Shown here: positions 61,267-64,000 of the stretch, piece by piece | How positions within the stretch are numbered: position 1 is the first letter of the stretch | How the letters are laid out: each line of letters begins with the position of its first letter | Virus record (IMG/VR): IMGVR_UViG_3300025840_000013 | Length of the DNA stretch: 64,000 nt | Source of the DNA: a virus | Direction: 5' to 3' (one strand) | Program-made: the position numbers and the translations under genes | Notes under the pieces: model-generated | What the model saw: the letters and a program-made list of their open reading frames with translations, nothing else | What the model was told of the DNA's origin: nothing | Databases searched by the model: none

Positions 61267-62946
61267 ATGGCTGTAAATTTTCCAGATAGTCCCTCAAATG
61301 GTGACAACTTTACCGCAAATGGAATTGTGTATATTTACAATTCTACAAAAGGTGTGTGGGCAAAACAATCTACAACCGCACCACCAGTCGTTAATGGACA
61401 TGTTTTACCAAATGCAAATGAAGTTTATGATTTAGGAAGTACAACACAAAGATTCCGTGATATTTATTTGAGTGGTAATACTATCTATTTGGGCGATACT
61501 GCCTTGTCTGTGGATGAAAATGGAGTTTTAGGGTTGCCGGCTGGAACTGTTATTGACGGCACGACAATTCCAAGTGCAGTAGAAGAATTATCTGACATCG
61601 ATGTAACAATATCAGATGAAATATTTACATTAAATGTAGATGCACCAGATGCAGGCCATGGTATGCATTGGAAGTGGACTTGGGAAGCTGGATCGGTTGC
61701 ATATAGTAGACTTAAGATAACTAATTTAATTCAATCAAATGTTCCATTATATAATCAGGGAACTTATACAATCAATAACTTTGCAGCACATGAACTTCAT
61801 GGTTCGATGACTCAAACTCATAAAATTTATCTTAAGTGGATTGAGGGCGCCGGTATAGATAATCTAGTTTCATGGGCAACAATTACAGACAGTGTGACAG
61901 GAGTTACCAATCCAAACATAAATGGTGGAAATGCAACAGAAGTACAAAGAATTGTCATAAATGTTCCATCTACAATCACACCACCAACTTTAAATGCACC
62001 AAGTGTGTCATATGATGTATCTTTTGTATCATCGGGTGCGTATACCTTTGCTGGTAGTTCTTCGGGCGATAATCCAGATATTGGCCCATTCTATCGTGGT
62101 GGTACATATACTTTTAATTTAGACGCATCACTTTCTGGACATCCATTTTATTTAACCACAGACGATGGTACTAATTATTCTGCAGGAAATTATGTCGATG
62201 AATACACTTCTGGCGTAACAGGTTCGAGAAATGAAAGTGGAACTTTGGTATTTACCGTTCCAAATGATGCACCAGATACATTATATTATCAATGCGGAAA
62301 TCACAATCCTATGAGGGGTATGATTACAATTAAAGATTTAGCAGTAGAAACAAATGTAGATGGTAATTATGTTGTATATTTCCAACACGACCAAGATGGA
62401 CATTCAACACCAGCAGAGATACGCCCAAAACGAACACTCGCAGATATTGATAATGTATGTTTAGTTTATGATGGCCCTTCTGGAAAATTTAAAGTGCAGG
62501 ACATGGGAGAATATCTAGATTCTACTTCTCAATTTCAGTCAAAGATTGCAAATTTAGTAAATACAGAAACTGCAGACAAACCAACAACCACACAAGTAAC
62601 AGACAAGATTAAAGATGAAACTGTATTTAATATTAACATGCATCAAGGTGGAGATTTACAAGTAATCACTGGCACAAAAAGGTGGTATGCTCCATTTGAT
62701 TTACAGATAGTAGGTATTTCAGCAAATCTTGGAACCGCTGCAGATAATATCGTAGGAATTGATGTAAAGAATAACGGAGTTTCTGCAAAAACTGTTTCAT
62801 TTTCTCCAAATACCACAACAACAAATATTGTTGCCCCATTTTTTACAATGAATGCTGGGGATTATTTAACAGTTGATATTACGAGTATTGGAACTAACTC
62901 CGTTGGCCAAGACCTCTATCTGCAGTTTACATATAAAAAAGTATAA
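61267..62946 (+). CDS. fibre-associated protein with cupredoxin-like (type-1 Cu ligand) domain, 559 aa
   Basis: N-terminal MAVNFPDSPSNG...NG..Y.YN....W module; YDLGS....FRDIYLSG repeat; GHPFYL...FTVP.DAPDTLYYQCGNHNPMRG; C-terminal GDYLTVDIT.IG....G.DL domain. Confidence 0.75.
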   Translation: MAVNFPDSPSNGDNFTANGIVYIYNSTKGVWAKQSTTAPPVVNGHVLPNANEVYDLGSTTQRFRDIYLSGNTIYLGDTALSVDENGVLGLPAGTVIDGTTIPSAVEELSDIDVTISDEIFTLNVDAPDAGHGMHWKWTWEAGSVAYSRLKITNLIQSNVPLYNQGTYTINNFAAHELHGSMTQTHKIYLKWIEGAGIDNLVSWATITDSVTGVTNPNINGGNATEVQRIVINVPSTITPPTLNAPSVSYDVSFVSSGAYTFAGSSSGDNPDIGPFYRGGTYTFNLDASLSGHPFYLTTDDGTNYSAGNYVDEYTSGVTGSRNESGTLVFTVPNDAPDTLYYQCGNHNPMRGMITIKDLAVETNVDGNYVVYFQHDQDGHSTPAEIRPKRTLADIDNVCLVYDGPSGKFKVQDMGEYLDSTSQFQSKIANLVNTETADKPTTTQVTDKIKDETVFNINMHQGGDLQVITGTKRWYAPFDLQIVGISANLGTAADNIVGIDVKNNGVSAKTVSFSPNTTTTNIVAPFFTMNAGDYLTVDITSIGTNSVGQDLYLQFTYKKV

Positions 62947-62949
62947 ATA
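62942..62949 (+). promoter_or_regulatory. T4-type late promoter
   Basis: Exact TATAAATA overlapping the upstream stop codon; AGGAG RBS before ATG 62977. Confidence 0.8.
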
Positions 62950-62976
62950 GAAGTAAAAACATAATAGGAGATAACA

Positions 62977-63204
62977 ATGGACTTTACAATTGATAAAGTT
63001 ACCACTGATGAGGACGGTAACGAAATCACAGTAACAGAAAACTACACAGCAAACCTTGATGGACAAAATGCAAGTGTTTCAAAAGTAGTAGATGGTGAGG
63101 CCATCAAAATTGCAGACCAACCATGGAATCCACTTGGTGACGGTTCAAGAGCATCTTGGGCGTCAGTTGACGAAGTTGTGACTTGGTTTAAAGAAAACTT
63201 TTAA
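62977..63204 (+). CDS. hypothetical protein, 75 aa
   Basis: AGGAG RBS, late promoter, same strand and codon style as neighbours. Confidence 0.75.
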   Translation: MDFTIDKVTTDEDGNEITVTENYTANLDGQNASVSKVVDGEAIKIADQPWNPLGDGSRASWASVDEVVTWFKENF

Positions 63205-63216
63205 GGAGCGGAGAAA

Positions 63217-64000
63217 ATGGCAGAGATTAAACAGGCAAGTAAAAGAAATGTGTGTTCAGTGTTAGAAGACATTAATCCAAACACAAACACCATTTATTTA
63301 GAATCAGAAGGACATAATAAATCAACCCTTGCTCCTATCTTCAATGGTTCTATGTATATGTACACGGGCCAAGCAAAAGATTCTTTGTGGGGTCAAAACA
63401 TTTATAGAAACGATGATAATGCCCACTCACAACGAAGTGGTGATGGTGCATCGACAATGGCGCTTGGTAAAGAAGTTGCGTATTGTAATCAAGAAGACAA
63501 CACAGTAGGAAACCATAGAGTAACGAATATTCCATTTTTACAATATTTAAGTATGGAAGAGTCTAGAAGAGGAACTGGTATGCAGAGAATTACTGCAGAC
63601 GATGGTACAGACCTCTATGTTTGGCAAAACCGTCCGATGTTTTATAATTGGTATCGTCAAATTTCTTGGTTAAATCCAACAAGAGAATTATATGAAGCAT
63701 CGCCATCTACTTCTTGGGGATATGACGGGCAGGGTTCGTCTAGTGAAATTATGGTGCCAACAATGGCAACTGAAGAAGAAGTAGGTACAAAATGGGTTTC
63801 TAATATCTGCCAACAGGTTAGACACGATTCTTATGTTGCAAGGCCTCACATGGGATTGGGAAGAAACTATATGCTAGACTATAGTGATACTAATGATAAT
63901 TGGAATACTACCATGAGAGCTCCGTATAGTGTTCAATATATCGGTATGTCTACTGTAGATGGTAAACCAATTTACTTGTATAATAATCAAGACAACGATC
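63217..64000 (+). CDS. hypothetical (probably structural) protein, 3'-truncated; absent from the ORF track
   Basis: AGGAG/GGAG RBS, then a frame open to the window end: MAEIKQASKRNVCSVLEDINPNTNTIYLESEGHNKSTLAPIF...YIGMSTVDGKPIYLYNNQDND. Confidence 0.8.
   Translation, partial: MAEIKQASKRNVCSVLEDINPNTNTIYLESEGHNKSTLAPIFNGSMYMYTGQAKDSLWGQNIYRNDDNAHSQRSGDGASTMALGKEVAYCNQEDNTVGNHRVTNIPFLQYLSMEESRRGTGMQRITADDGTDLYVWQNRPMFYNWYRQISWLNPTRELYEASPSTSWGYDGQGSSSEIMVPTMATEEEVGTKWVSNICQQVRHDSYVARPHMGLGRNYMLDYSDTNDNWNTTMRAPYSVQYIGMSTVDGKPIYLYNNQDND

Noticed and set aside
540-63535. The many other 60-164 aa ORFs on the minus strand or in alternate plus frames
   Set aside because: All lie within or across long, motif-supported plus-strand genes and have no recognisable motifs.
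1-64000. Stop-codon recoding or programmed readthrough
   Set aside because: The standard code gives dense full-length genes; TAA, TAG and TGA all act as stops at sensible boundaries.
1-64000. tRNA, rRNA or other structured RNA genes
   Set aside because: Intergenic gaps are all under about 100 nt and AT-rich; no cloverleaf seen.

Overview
A 64-kb stretch of the late (virion-structural) region of a large, AT-rich T4-like myovirus. It resembles marine cyanophage/pelagiphage-type T4-likes, but the host cannot be determined from this window. All supportable genes are on the + strand, many preceded by T4-type late promoters (TATAAATA). It opens with the canonical block gp6 (5'-truncated) - gp7 - gp8 - VrlC/DUF4815 - small conserved gene - fibre. 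No gp13/gp14 neck genes follow. Instead there are about 45 kb of unusual accessory structural genes: a 1894-aa mosaic adhesin; four paralogues sharing a conserved core split by large, different insertions; a 1719-aa extremely acidic protein with a 14-residue register; a lectin-like mosaic; a PAAR (gp5.4) spike tip; a 3277-aa repeat fibre with His-rich motifs; and a cupredoxin-bearing fibre protein. The best candidates for undescribed biology are (1) a modular virion 'display/hair' system built from the four-paralogue scaffold family, the acidic 14-mer protein and shared docking modules, and (2) a window-wide codon signature in which CCGG, CCNGG and GGNCC are tolerated almost only when overlapped by GGC/GCC, suggesting a GGC/GCC-directed DNA modification or a specific set of host restriction enzymes. 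All family assignments are by-eye motif recognition; no searches were run.
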